Of a stretch of DNA of 33,834 nt, positions 25,689-33,568 are shown piece after piece (the first letter of the stretch is position 1; every line of letters begins with the position of its first letter). The notes below the pieces were generated by a model, which had not been told where the DNA came from, did no database searches, and was given only the letters and a program-made list of their open reading frames with translations. Both the position numbers and the translations under genes were made by a program. Source of the stretch: Clostridia bacterium. Lineage in GTDB: Bacteria; Bacillota; Clostridia; Oscillospirales; CAG-272. Where the stretch lies: NCBI GenBank assembly GCA_017618795.1, contig JAFZTO010000054.1, forward strand, positions 1 to 33,834, given 5' to 3'.

Positions 25689-26825
25689 ATGGAAAAATTC
25701 AATTTAATGCCAACCCCGCCCATGGGGTTCAACACATGGTACTACTACACCGACAGATTTGACGAAAAGCTGATATTTGATATTGCCGACAAACTCGTCG
25801 ACACCGGTCTGCGCGATCTGGGCTACAGGTATATCCAGATAGACTACGGCTGGTGCGTGAACGAAAAGGACTATCCGACGAGAGACGAAAACGGCGATCT
25901 TCTCCCCGATCCGCACAAATTTCCCCACGGCATGAAATACGTCGCGGATTATCTTCACGGAAAAGGTCTGAAGATCGGGTATTATACCGACATCGGAGTC
26001 CGCGGCGTCGGAAACGAGGAGGGCAGCTACGGCAGATACCTTCAGGACGTCAGGAGATTCGCCTCATGGGACGCAGACCTTGTCAAGGTCGACGCGGGAG
26101 GCGGAAACGTCGACTATCCGGATTATGAGGCGGCGTACAGGGCGTTTGCGGAGGCAGTTGAACAGGTTAACAGGACGGCAGAAAGGAAGATTGTTTTCCA
26201 CGTGTGCTGCGCGGGGGATTTCGGATCGGTGAACTGGGGCACGGGCCTCGGCCATTACTGCCGGACTTCGCGGGACGTGTCGGCTTCCATTCCGACCGTC
26301 AACTGGGACATGACCGATTTCAATCTTATGCTGACGTTCGACCACAACAACCGCAGGCCCGATATGTGCGGCCCGAACGGGTTCAACGATATGGACGCTC
26401 TCATGCTGACGGGCGGACTGAGCGAAACCGAAAACGTATCGTATTTCACTATATTCTGCATAGAGGCGTCTCCTCTCATGCTTGCGGTCGATCTGCCGAA
26501 TATAGATGAAACGACGCTTAAGATAATATCGAACAGCGAGGCGATAGCAGTCAATCAGGATCCGCTCGGAATACAGGCGACGCTGAGGTACGAAAACGCC
26601 CCCGGCCTTCAGGTATGGGCAAAGCCGCTCGCAAACGGGGATTACGCCGTTATGCTTCTTAACAGAACTGCATTCGGGGCGGATATGTCTCTCAGGATGA
26701 CAGAAATCGGGATGGAAAAAGCGCTTGTCAGAGACCTGTGGGAGCACAGGGATATCGGGGTTTTCGAAGAACTGAACGTGAAGGTCGAATCTCACGGGTC
26801 AAAGCTGTTCAGGATCTTCAGGTGA
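25689..26825 (+). CDS. GH27 glycoside hydrolase, cytoplasmic
   Basis: Starts MEKFNLMPTPPMGFNTW after AAAGGGA; LVKVD, CRTSRD, NDMDAL and VRDLW; no signal peptide or anchor. Confidence 0.88.
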   Translation: MEKFNLMPTPPMGFNTWYYYTDRFDEKLIFDIADKLVDTGLRDLGYRYIQIDYGWCVNEKDYPTRDENGDLLPDPHKFPHGMKYVADYLHGKGLKIGYYTDIGVRGVGNEEGSYGRYLQDVRRFASWDADLVKVDAGGGNVDYPDYEAAYRAFAEAVEQVNRTAERKIVFHVCCAGDFGSVNWGTGLGHYCRTSRDVSASIPTVNWDMTDFNLMLTFDHNNRRPDMCGPNGFNDMDALMLTGGLSETENVSYFTIFCIEASPLMLAVDLPNIDETTLKIISNSEAIAVNQDPLGIQATLRYENAPGLQVWAKPLANGDYAVMLLNRTAFGADMSLRMTEIGMEKALVRDLWEHRDIGVFEELNVKVESHGSKLFRIFR

Positions 26826-26829
26826 TAAG

Positions 26830-28104
26830 ATGATAAAGGCCGGAAGAAAAGGCATCTGTGTACTGCTTGCCTGTATGCTGCTTGCGTCCTGTGCTTCGAT
26901 ACCGGAAGACACGGAGGAAAAAAGCTTGAATATAATACTGACTTCTCCGGAAAACGGAGCAGAGAACGTAATGACGGCGAACCAGCTGGTAAACATGTTT
27001 ATGGACGGATCATACGCATTCGGTACGGACGATCCGTACTCGGCTTTTACCGGTCTGCCATCCGGCGGCGCGCAGACAAAACCCGTGACGTTCAGATGGG
27101 AAAACCAGGAAGGAACGTCCGCGGACATTTTGCACCTTGCCCTTAATTCGGAGTTTGACGGCGAGTGGACCTTCCCGGTTGCGGGAAATCAGATGGAAAT
27201 CGACAGCCTGATGGGCGGAACGACGTATTTCTGGAAAGTGACGGGTGCGGACGGCACAACGTCAGACGTTTTCAGCTTTACAACGGCGGATGTGCCGCGC
27301 ATCGTCAGGATCGACGGGGTTTCAAACTGCCGTGACCTCGGCGGATGGCAAACGGAAGACGGCGGCAGGATGAGACAGGGCATGATTTACCGAACCGCGA
27401 CGCTTGACGATATTACGGAGGAGGGCGTAAAGTTCTGCCGCGAATTTCTGCGGATAAAAACGGAGCTCGATCTGCGCAACGAGGGCGAGGGCACGGCCGG
27501 GTCGACTCTCCTCGGCGAAGGGGTGAACTACATACGCATATCCCCGCCGTATTACGTGGATGACGGACACGGTCTGTTCGACAAAGGATACACCGAGGGA
27601 ATGAGGCAGATATTCGCCGTTTTTGCCGATCCGGACAACTATCCGATACTGTTCCACTGTTCCGCCGGGGTCGACAGAACGGGAACCGTTGCGTTTCTGC
27701 TGAGCGCCCTGTGCGGCATGAGCAGGGAGGATATCTTCCACGAGCATGATCTTTCTCTCATACAGTTTCTGCCGGCAGGGCATAAAGATACCCTTACAGA
27801 CCATTATTCGCGGCTGTTCAATCCGATGTATCAGAGCCTTGCAGACAGGGGCGGCGGCACGCTGAAGCAAAATACCGAGCAATACTGCCGCGATATAGGC
27901 GTCAGCGACGCGGAGATTCAGGCGATACAGCGCACCCTTATCGCGGAGATGCCGGGCGGAGAGGTCGAAGATCCGGGATCGCAGTCGCCGGGGACTTCCG
28001 GGAAAGCAAGAATCAACATTCCCGTTGTGATTGCCGCGGCCGCGGGAGGACTAATAATCATTCTCTGTACCGCGTTCGTTGCTTTCCGGAAAAAGAAACT
28101 CTGA
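26830..28104 (+). CDS. PTP-like phosphatase (Y_phosphatase3/PtpB-IphP type), surface located
   Basis: NCRDLGG, G.IYR, ELDLR and P-loop HCSAGVDRTG; N-terminal Ig/Fn3-like part (TYFWKV); lipobox LLASC; C-terminal TM ending RKKKL. Confidence 0.85.
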   Translation: MIKAGRKGICVLLACMLLASCASIPEDTEEKSLNIILTSPENGAENVMTANQLVNMFMDGSYAFGTDDPYSAFTGLPSGGAQTKPVTFRWENQEGTSADILHLALNSEFDGEWTFPVAGNQMEIDSLMGGTTYFWKVTGADGTTSDVFSFTTADVPRIVRIDGVSNCRDLGGWQTEDGGRMRQGMIYRTATLDDITEEGVKFCREFLRIKTELDLRNEGEGTAGSTLLGEGVNYIRISPPYYVDDGHGLFDKGYTEGMRQIFAVFADPDNYPILFHCSAGVDRTGTVAFLLSALCGMSREDIFHEHDLSLIQFLPAGHKDTLTDHYSRLFNPMYQSLADRGGGTLKQNTEQYCRDIGVSDAEIQAIQRTLIAEMPGGEVEDPGSQSPGTSGKARINIPVVIAAAAGGLIIILCTAFVAFRKKKL

Positions 28105-28133
28105 TAAAAAATCGACACAATTTTTGGCGAATC

Positions 28134-28161
28134 TTGACTTAGCGGAAAAAAATGTTATAAT
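28134..28161 (+). promoter_or_regulatory. sigmaA-like promoter
   Basis: TTGACT-16 bp-TATAAT with TGn, about 320 bp upstream of the next CDS. Confidence 0.6.
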
Positions 28162-28484
28162 AATATGCGTAACATATATTGATATCCGGAATTTTGTTCC
28201 GTCCGTTACAGGCACATACACGGTTAGGGTTTATGTTTTTCATTCGAGCGAATAAGAAAACTGTTATCTTAATGGTATGAATCAGAGTCTCACGGAGAAG
28301 CCTATCACAGAACTTTTGAAAACATCGGACAAACACCCAAACAAATAAAGGTCCCACACTTGTTTGATGAATGCGCTTTTTGCGGAATACTAAAAGCAAT
28401 ACTTTGATATTTTTATCCGAAACCCAACCTTTTTCAAATTTTTCGCCTCTTATGTGGTGAAACGGATAAGAACGGAGAAAAAGA

Positions 28485-31013
28485 ATGAACAAGTATAACG
28501 GATACGACGATACGACGCTTGTTGAAATGACTCTGCTCGGCGATAGTGACGCATACGGAGAGCTTGTTTCGCGCCATGAAAAAGCGGTCATTGGGTCTGC
28601 GGTGAAAATCACGAAGAATGAGTTTTCCGCGCAGGACGCCTGCCAGGACGCGTTTGTTTCCGCATGGATGAATCTGTCACAACTGAGAGAAAAAGCGTTG
28701 TTTCGTCCGTGGGTCTGCGCTATCTGCGTCAGGTGCGCTCTGAAAGTTAACGAGCGCTATGCCGCCGCCATACCCGCAATAAGTCTTGACGCGCTTGATT
28801 TTGATATTCCGGACGCGGAGCGGTTCGATGAATATGACGATATTCATGACGCCATTTCGAAACTGAGCGAAAAGATCAGAAACGTTATACAACTTCATTA
28901 TTTCGACGGATATTCCGTTTCCGAGATTGCCGAAAGGCTGTCCGTACCGGTCGGAACGGTCAAATGGCGGTTAAACGAAGGCAGAAAAAAACTAAGGGAG
29001 GGATTCGAAATAATGGAAAAAGAATTTGATGAAAATGAAACTATGGTAAAACGTGTTCTGCGTCAGGTAGACGAGCTTAAGCTCTGGGACCTTAAAAAGA
29101 ACAAAAACGGCTTTGAAAATGAGTACAAAAACGTACTTGCATCGGCAAACGAGCTGCCGGAAGGCAAGGACAAAAGTCACGCAATGGCTGACATTCTTCT
29201 GCTTGGCTACTGGTGGCTGCCCGGGCAGAAAAACGAACAGATTTTAGCCGAAATAAAGAAGCACGCGGAGCAAAGCGAAAACGAAGAAGTAATGATAAGC
29301 GTAATTGCCAATGAATCAGATAAATATTCAGGCGAAGAATACGCAAAATTCATGCTTGAAACAGAAATACCATACACGCAAAAGCACAAAATGAAAAAGG
29401 CAGAGGCGTACTGTCGTTTTTGGCTCGGACACTATTATTTCAGTTCAAATAAGCCAGACAAAGGATTTTCGTGCTATAATGAGGTGCTTGATCTTTTAGA
29501 ACCGTCCGACGTTTACTATGCAAATGCAAAATCGGCGATAACGGCGGAAAGAAAGCGCATAGAACTCAAACCGAATAAAACACTACTTGGCTACACCGCT
29601 ACGGGAGAGGTTTACCGTTACATTGACGGCAAACTGTATTTTATAAGTCAACCCGGTTACGGGGACTGCGGCATGCCTGTCTTTTGGTATGCAAGCTTAT
29701 GCGACGGTCTGATATACGATCCCGATTTAAAACAAGGCGACACCGTGGTATCGAGCGATGGTGTGTCAGCGCTAATTTGCGAAAGCACCGACGCGACTGT
29801 AAGCACAAAAGCTGGTGTTTTTGAACACTGCACCGTTTATTCTATCTCCGGAAACTTTAAAACTGTATACTGTCCCGGCGTTGGGATCGTGTATTCGGAA
29901 TTTAGCGATTTAAAGGTCAGTCTGGTAAAGTTCACTGTTAAAGGCGGCGACGGCATGATACCGTTTTATCCCGGAAACCGCTGGGAATACGAGGCGGATT
30001 ACAACGGAGATGAATACGATCAGGAAAACGTGTTTGAAGTCACATCTTATAAAAAAGGCGAGGCGGTCGTATCCGCCTACAGCGTTTTGTGTATGAAGGA
30101 AGATGCGAGCACCTTTGCCGGAATCATGAGATATGCGGCGAACAGATACGCCGAGGAGTGCGGTAACAATCAGTGGCGTCTTGTTGAAGTGCGCGATAAG
30201 ATGAAAAAAGCGGGAATGCTCGCAAAAACGAAAAAGGAAAAGGTGTGGTTTCAGACGGCGTATGACGTTGTGGACAGGATATTTAATACCGATCCTGAAT
30301 TTACACCGGACTGTAAAGAAAAAGGTCTGTGGAATTTCTTTAATTTTTACGACGCAGAAAGAAAAGACAGCTTGGTCTGTGTCTCTTACATAATTACCGA
30401 AATAAAAAAATCGATCGAGTGGAAGGACCGTGTAAAAGGGGCTCAGCCGTTTAGATTGCTTTATAATTTACTGTACATTATCATACAAAGCGGTACCGGC
30501 TGCGTCTGGTGTGACAAATGGACTCCGGGATATACTGACACGACCACGATAGACTACTACGGAACACCGATAAACACGGCTGTATCCGTCAGCGAAAACG
30601 AATGTGTGAACACACCGGCGGGCACGTTTGAGAACTGCCGGCATGTAAACCTTGATGTGACAGGATTCGAAGGCGGACTTGGATATTTCGGCGGCCGTAT
30701 GGAATGCTGGTATGCAAACGGTATAGGGCTTGTAAAATACAAGCGCCCGGTGAATGACGAAGTCGAAAACGTCTGGGAACTGACAGCGTACGAGGGAGAA
30801 GGCGACGGATTCTTTCCGATAAACGACGGGCTTATACGACGCTACGAGCCTAAAGACATAGGCGACGGCTGCCGTGGGTTCGTTGAATACACGTACGTTG
30901 CGGATGAGACCGGTACGACGATATTCACGAACGCATGCGGAGTGCAAAACCGGGAAGAGTATGAAAAAGCAACGAAAGAATCGCAGCAAAAAAGAAAACC
31001 GCTTCCCATTTGA
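28485..31013 (+). CDS. ECF sigma-70 factor with a ~670-aa C-terminal extension (TPR-like helices plus two beta-rich repeats)
   Basis: Region 2 AQDACQDAFVSAW...FRPWV; region 4 LHYFDGYSVSEIAERLSVPVGTVKWRL; the extension has no TM segment. Confidence 0.88.
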   Translation: MNKYNGYDDTTLVEMTLLGDSDAYGELVSRHEKAVIGSAVKITKNEFSAQDACQDAFVSAWMNLSQLREKALFRPWVCAICVRCALKVNERYAAAIPAISLDALDFDIPDAERFDEYDDIHDAISKLSEKIRNVIQLHYFDGYSVSEIAERLSVPVGTVKWRLNEGRKKLREGFEIMEKEFDENETMVKRVLRQVDELKLWDLKKNKNGFENEYKNVLASANELPEGKDKSHAMADILLLGYWWLPGQKNEQILAEIKKHAEQSENEEVMISVIANESDKYSGEEYAKFMLETEIPYTQKHKMKKAEAYCRFWLGHYYFSSNKPDKGFSCYNEVLDLLEPSDVYYANAKSAITAERKRIELKPNKTLLGYTATGEVYRYIDGKLYFISQPGYGDCGMPVFWYASLCDGLIYDPDLKQGDTVVSSDGVSALICESTDATVSTKAGVFEHCTVYSISGNFKTVYCPGVGIVYSEFSDLKVSLVKFTVKGGDGMIPFYPGNRWEYEADYNGDEYDQENVFEVTSYKKGEAVVSAYSVLCMKEDASTFAGIMRYAANRYAEECGNNQWRLVEVRDKMKKAGMLAKTKKEKVWFQTAYDVVDRIFNTDPEFTPDCKEKGLWNFFNFYDAERKDSLVCVSYIITEIKKSIEWKDRVKGAQPFRLLYNLLYIIIQSGTGCVWCDKWTPGYTDTTTIDYYGTPINTAVSVSENECVNTPAGTFENCRHVNLDVTGFEGGLGYFGGRMECWYANGIGLVKYKRPVNDEVENVWELTAYEGEGDGFFPINDGLIRRYEPKDIGDGCRGFVEYTYVADETGTTIFTNACGVQNREEYEKATKESQQKRKPLPI

Positions 31014-31075
31014 GTATTTTTCCGATACAACTTGAATTTGTCCTGTGAATTCAATTATTCATGATGATTACAAAA

Positions 31076-31119
31076 GCCGAAAGGAGAAGCTACTTCCTTA
31101 CGTAGTCTCTCCTTTCGGC
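31076..31119. terminator. Bidirectional terminator between the ECF and proX genes
   Basis: GCCGAAAGGAGA...TCTCCTTTCGGC 12-bp stem, flanked by AAAA and GGTTTTATT. Confidence 0.8.
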
Positions 31120-31136
31120 GGTTTTATTCAGATTAT

Positions 31137-31697
31137 TCAGAACCCGTCGAGGCAGACGACTCCGTATTCATGCCCGAGGGCGGGGAGTACCTTTCCGGTC
31201 AGGTCCTCCATTCTGAATTTCAGGCTCGTCGTGTTTCTGCAAGGGTGGCAGCCGAACCATTCCTGTCTAAGCACGTCACGGTCAAAGTACAGCGAAACGC
31301 GCTTTTGCCTGTCGAAAAGCAGTCCCATCACGCTCGCGCTTCCGGGCGAGCACGAGAGCATTTCCTCCATTGCCTCCGGCGGCGCGAAGCTGAGGCGGGC
31401 GGAGCCTATCTCCTTTGAAAATATCTTCGTCACGTATCTTTTTGCCGCCGGCATCACGAGGAGATAAAATTTCGTTTTCTGCGTGTTGCAGAGAAAAATG
31501 TTCTTGCTTATGGTGATCCCGAGCTCCCTGCCGCGTATCTCGCAGTCCTCCATAGTCACGGATGGCGCGTGATCCATGCGGTAATACTTTATCCCCAGTC
31601 CGTCCAGAAATTCATATACTTTAAGCTCCTGATCGGGCCTTCCGTCCGTATCCGCGGGAGAACCCGCGAATACCGGGGAGCATTCAAGCCGACTCAC
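31137..31697 (-). CDS. proX: Prolyl-tRNA editing protein (YbaK/ProX family)
   Basis: DH.P..TME, SKNIFLCN, RLSFA, PGSASVMGL and CHPC.NT.S. GTG start at 31697 after AGGGGAG, overlapping the murI stop (GTGA). Confidence 0.85.
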   Translation of the reverse strand: MSRLECSPVFAGSPADTDGRPDQELKVYEFLDGLGIKYYRMDHAPSVTMEDCEIRGRELGITISKNIFLCNTQKTKFYLLVMPAAKRYVTKIFSKEIGSARLSFAPPEAMEEMLSCSPGSASVMGLLFDRQKRVSLYFDRDVLRQEWFGCHPCRNTTSLKFRMEDLTGKVLPALGHEYGVVCLDGF

Positions 31698-32473
31698 AGT
31701 CTCTGCTCCCCTATTCCGACGAGCGAGTAGTTTTCTATCTCCCCGCCGAGGAATACGGCGGCGTTCCGGGAAAATCCCTCCGGGTCGTCGGTGACCTCGA
31801 AGATTGTGCGTCCGTTTTCCTTTTTGACGCAGAAGCGCGAAATTTCCTTCGCCGCCTCCTCGCCGGAACTGATTATCTTCGCTCCGGGCAGAAACTCCGA
31901 AATTGCCCGGCTTATTATGGGATAGTGGGTGCATCCGAGGATTACAGTGTCGGGGTCGAAATCCCGCACGTCGGAAAGGTATTTTTCAACCGCTATCTTC
32001 ACCATCTGCGAGTCCGGCCCCTCGCCGTTCTCCACCAGCGGAACGAACAGCGGGCAGGCGCGCGACATGATTTCGAGTCTGCCGTCAATTGAGGCAAGAG
32101 CCCGTTCGAACGCGCCGCTCCTGACGGTAGCGCCTGTAGCGAGCACCGCGACCCGGCCGTTTGACGTGGTCTTTGCCGCGCGCTCCGACGCCGGGAGAAT
32201 GACACCGGTCACGGGGACAGGAAGAGATTCGCAGAGCTCGTCAAGGGCGTTTGCCGATACCGTTCCGCACGCCACAAGGAGCCTGTCGATCCCGCGCTCG
32301 CAGAGATATTTTCCGCATTCGGCCGCGTATCTTTTTATGGTTGCGGCAGATTTCGTCCCATACGGAAGGCGCGCGGTATCGCCGAGGTATATGATATTCT
32401 CGTCCGGGCACAGGCGCCGAAGCTCTTTGTAAGCCGTCAGCCCTCCCAGACCGCTGTCGTAAATTCCGGTCAT
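31694..32473 (-). CDS. murI: Glutamate racemase
   Basis: DSGLGG, GDTARLPYG.KS, ACGT and LGCTHYP (both catalytic Cys present). Confidence 0.95.
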   Translation of the reverse strand: MTGIYDSGLGGLTAYKELRRLCPDENIIYLGDTARLPYGTKSAATIKRYAAECGKYLCERGIDRLLVACGTVSANALDELCESLPVPVTGVILPASERAAKTTSNGRVAVLATGATVRSGAFERALASIDGRLEIMSRACPLFVPLVENGEGPDSQMVKIAVEKYLSDVRDFDPDTVILGCTHYPIISRAISEFLPGAKIISSGEEAAKEISRFCVKKENGRTIFEVTDDPEGFSRNAAVFLGGEIENYSLVGIGEQRL

Positions 32474-32503
32474 TTGTTTGCCTGTCTGATTTCTGATACA
32501 TAT

Positions 32504-32532
32504 ATTTTACCACATTTTTCGCCGTTTGTAAA
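32504..32532 (-). promoter_or_regulatory. sigmaA-like promoter for murI-proX
   Basis: Minus strand TTTACA-17 bp-TAAAAT with TGn. Confidence 0.65.
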
Positions 32533-32561
32533 CACCGATGCGACAAATTTGGCTCTTCCGC

Positions 32562-32590
32562 TTGAAAAACGGGAAAAAAAATGATATAAT
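32562..32590 (+). promoter_or_regulatory. sigmaA-like promoter for the ribonuclease/barstar pair
   Basis: TTGAAA-17 bp-TATAAT with TGn. Confidence 0.72.
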
Positions 32591-32621
32591 AATCGTAATA
32601 AAACGCATAAGGGAAACGGAT

Positions 32622-33182
32622 ATGAACGAAAAGCAAAAAAACCGGAAATTTCTGACATACCTGATTATCGCGATAGTCGCAATAATTGCGCTCATATTCC
32701 TCGCGAAGACGGGAAAGCTTGACGGAGTAATAAAAATGCTGACGGGGCAGGATACGGGCTCACAGGTCAGCGTTATTACCGGAGATGACGCAACCGCAGA
32801 TCATGGTTCACATCAGACAGGACAGTCCGCTCAGTTGCCGGAGGACGGAAAGTACGATTCGAAGGAAGAGGTCGCCCTGTACATACATCTGTACGGACAT
32901 CTTCCGTCAAACTACGTGACAAAGACGGAGGCCAGAGACAAAGGCTGGGAGGGCGGCGGACTTGACGCCTATTATCCCGGCTGCTCTATCGGAGGCGACA
33001 AGTTCGGCAACAGCGAAGGACTTCTCCCAAAAAAGAAGGGGCGGCAGTACTACGAGTGCGACATAGACACGGCGGGTAAATCCTCGCGCGGAGCAAAGCG
33101 CATCGTTTTCTCGAACGACGGGCTTGTCTATTACACTGAAGACCACTACGAATCATTCGAACTTCTATACGGTAACCCATAA
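32622..33182 (+). CDS. Barnase-family ribonuclease with N-terminal membrane anchor or signal
   Basis: LPSNYVTK.EA...GW, SIGGD.F.N.EG.LP, YYECD and RG..RIVFSNDG..YYT.DHY.SF. The start is set at the ATG at 32622, downstream of the promoter. Confidence 0.9.
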   Translation: MNEKQKNRKFLTYLIIAIVAIIALIFLAKTGKLDGVIKMLTGQDTGSQVSVITGDDATADHGSHQTGQSAQLPEDGKYDSKEEVALYIHLYGHLPSNYVTKTEARDKGWEGGGLDAYYPGCSIGGDKFGNSEGLLPKKKGRQYYECDIDTAGKSSRGAKRIVFSNDGLVYYTEDHYESFELLYGNP

Positions 33183-33454
33183 TGAAACTTACGGTACTTG
33201 ACGGGGATAAAATGACCGACATAAGATCGGCGCACGACTATATAGCCGGCTGTCTCGGTTTCCCCGATTATTACGGGCGCAATCTCGACGCCCTCGCCGA
33301 CTGTCTCGGCGATCTGCCGCATGACACCTGCATAGTGCTGCAGAACTACAGGGCAATGAAAAGGCATCTCGGGTCCTACGCGGAGAGGACGGTCAGGGTC
33401 TTCGACGAGACGGCGGAGGCCTGCGGGTACGATTTTGTGATTGTAAACGAATAA
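33182..33454 (+). CDS. Barstar-family ribonuclease inhibitor
   Basis: H.YIA..LGFPDYYGRNLDAL.DCL; TAATG coupling to the RNase gene. Confidence 0.9.
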   Translation: MKLTVLDGDKMTDIRSAHDYIAGCLGFPDYYGRNLDALADCLGDLPHDTCIVLQNYRAMKRHLGSYAERTVRVFDETAEACGYDFVIVNE

Positions 33455-33568
33455 CGATAACTTTTGGAAGTCCCAAACAACCTTTTGGATACGGTGCTGG
33501 TTTTGATTGGTATTTCGAACCGATCATAATCCATTAATGTTCAATTAAATTTATTTAAAGGTGCAAAA

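Noticed and set aside
28270-28310. Faint resemblance of TGAATC...ACGGAG to a c-di-AMP (ydaO) riboswitch
   Set aside because: The remaining conserved elements and stems could not be found.
28139-28612. 157-aa minus-strand ORF
   Set aside because: It overlaps the ECF start antisense, has no RBS and no motifs.
31698-31934. N-terminal extension of the proX ORF
   Set aside because: It lies within murI in another frame; a GTG start with an RBS at 31697 explains the gene.
32474-32501. Out-of-frame ATG near the murI TSS suggesting a frameshifted N-terminus
   Set aside because: MurI is complete from MTGIYDSG and no slippery site is evident.
33459-33490. Short CTTTTGGA direct repeat and TTTGG/CCAAA hairpin at the shift to AT-rich sequence
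   Set aside because: Only two short copies; too weak to call a CRISPR repeat, att site or terminator.
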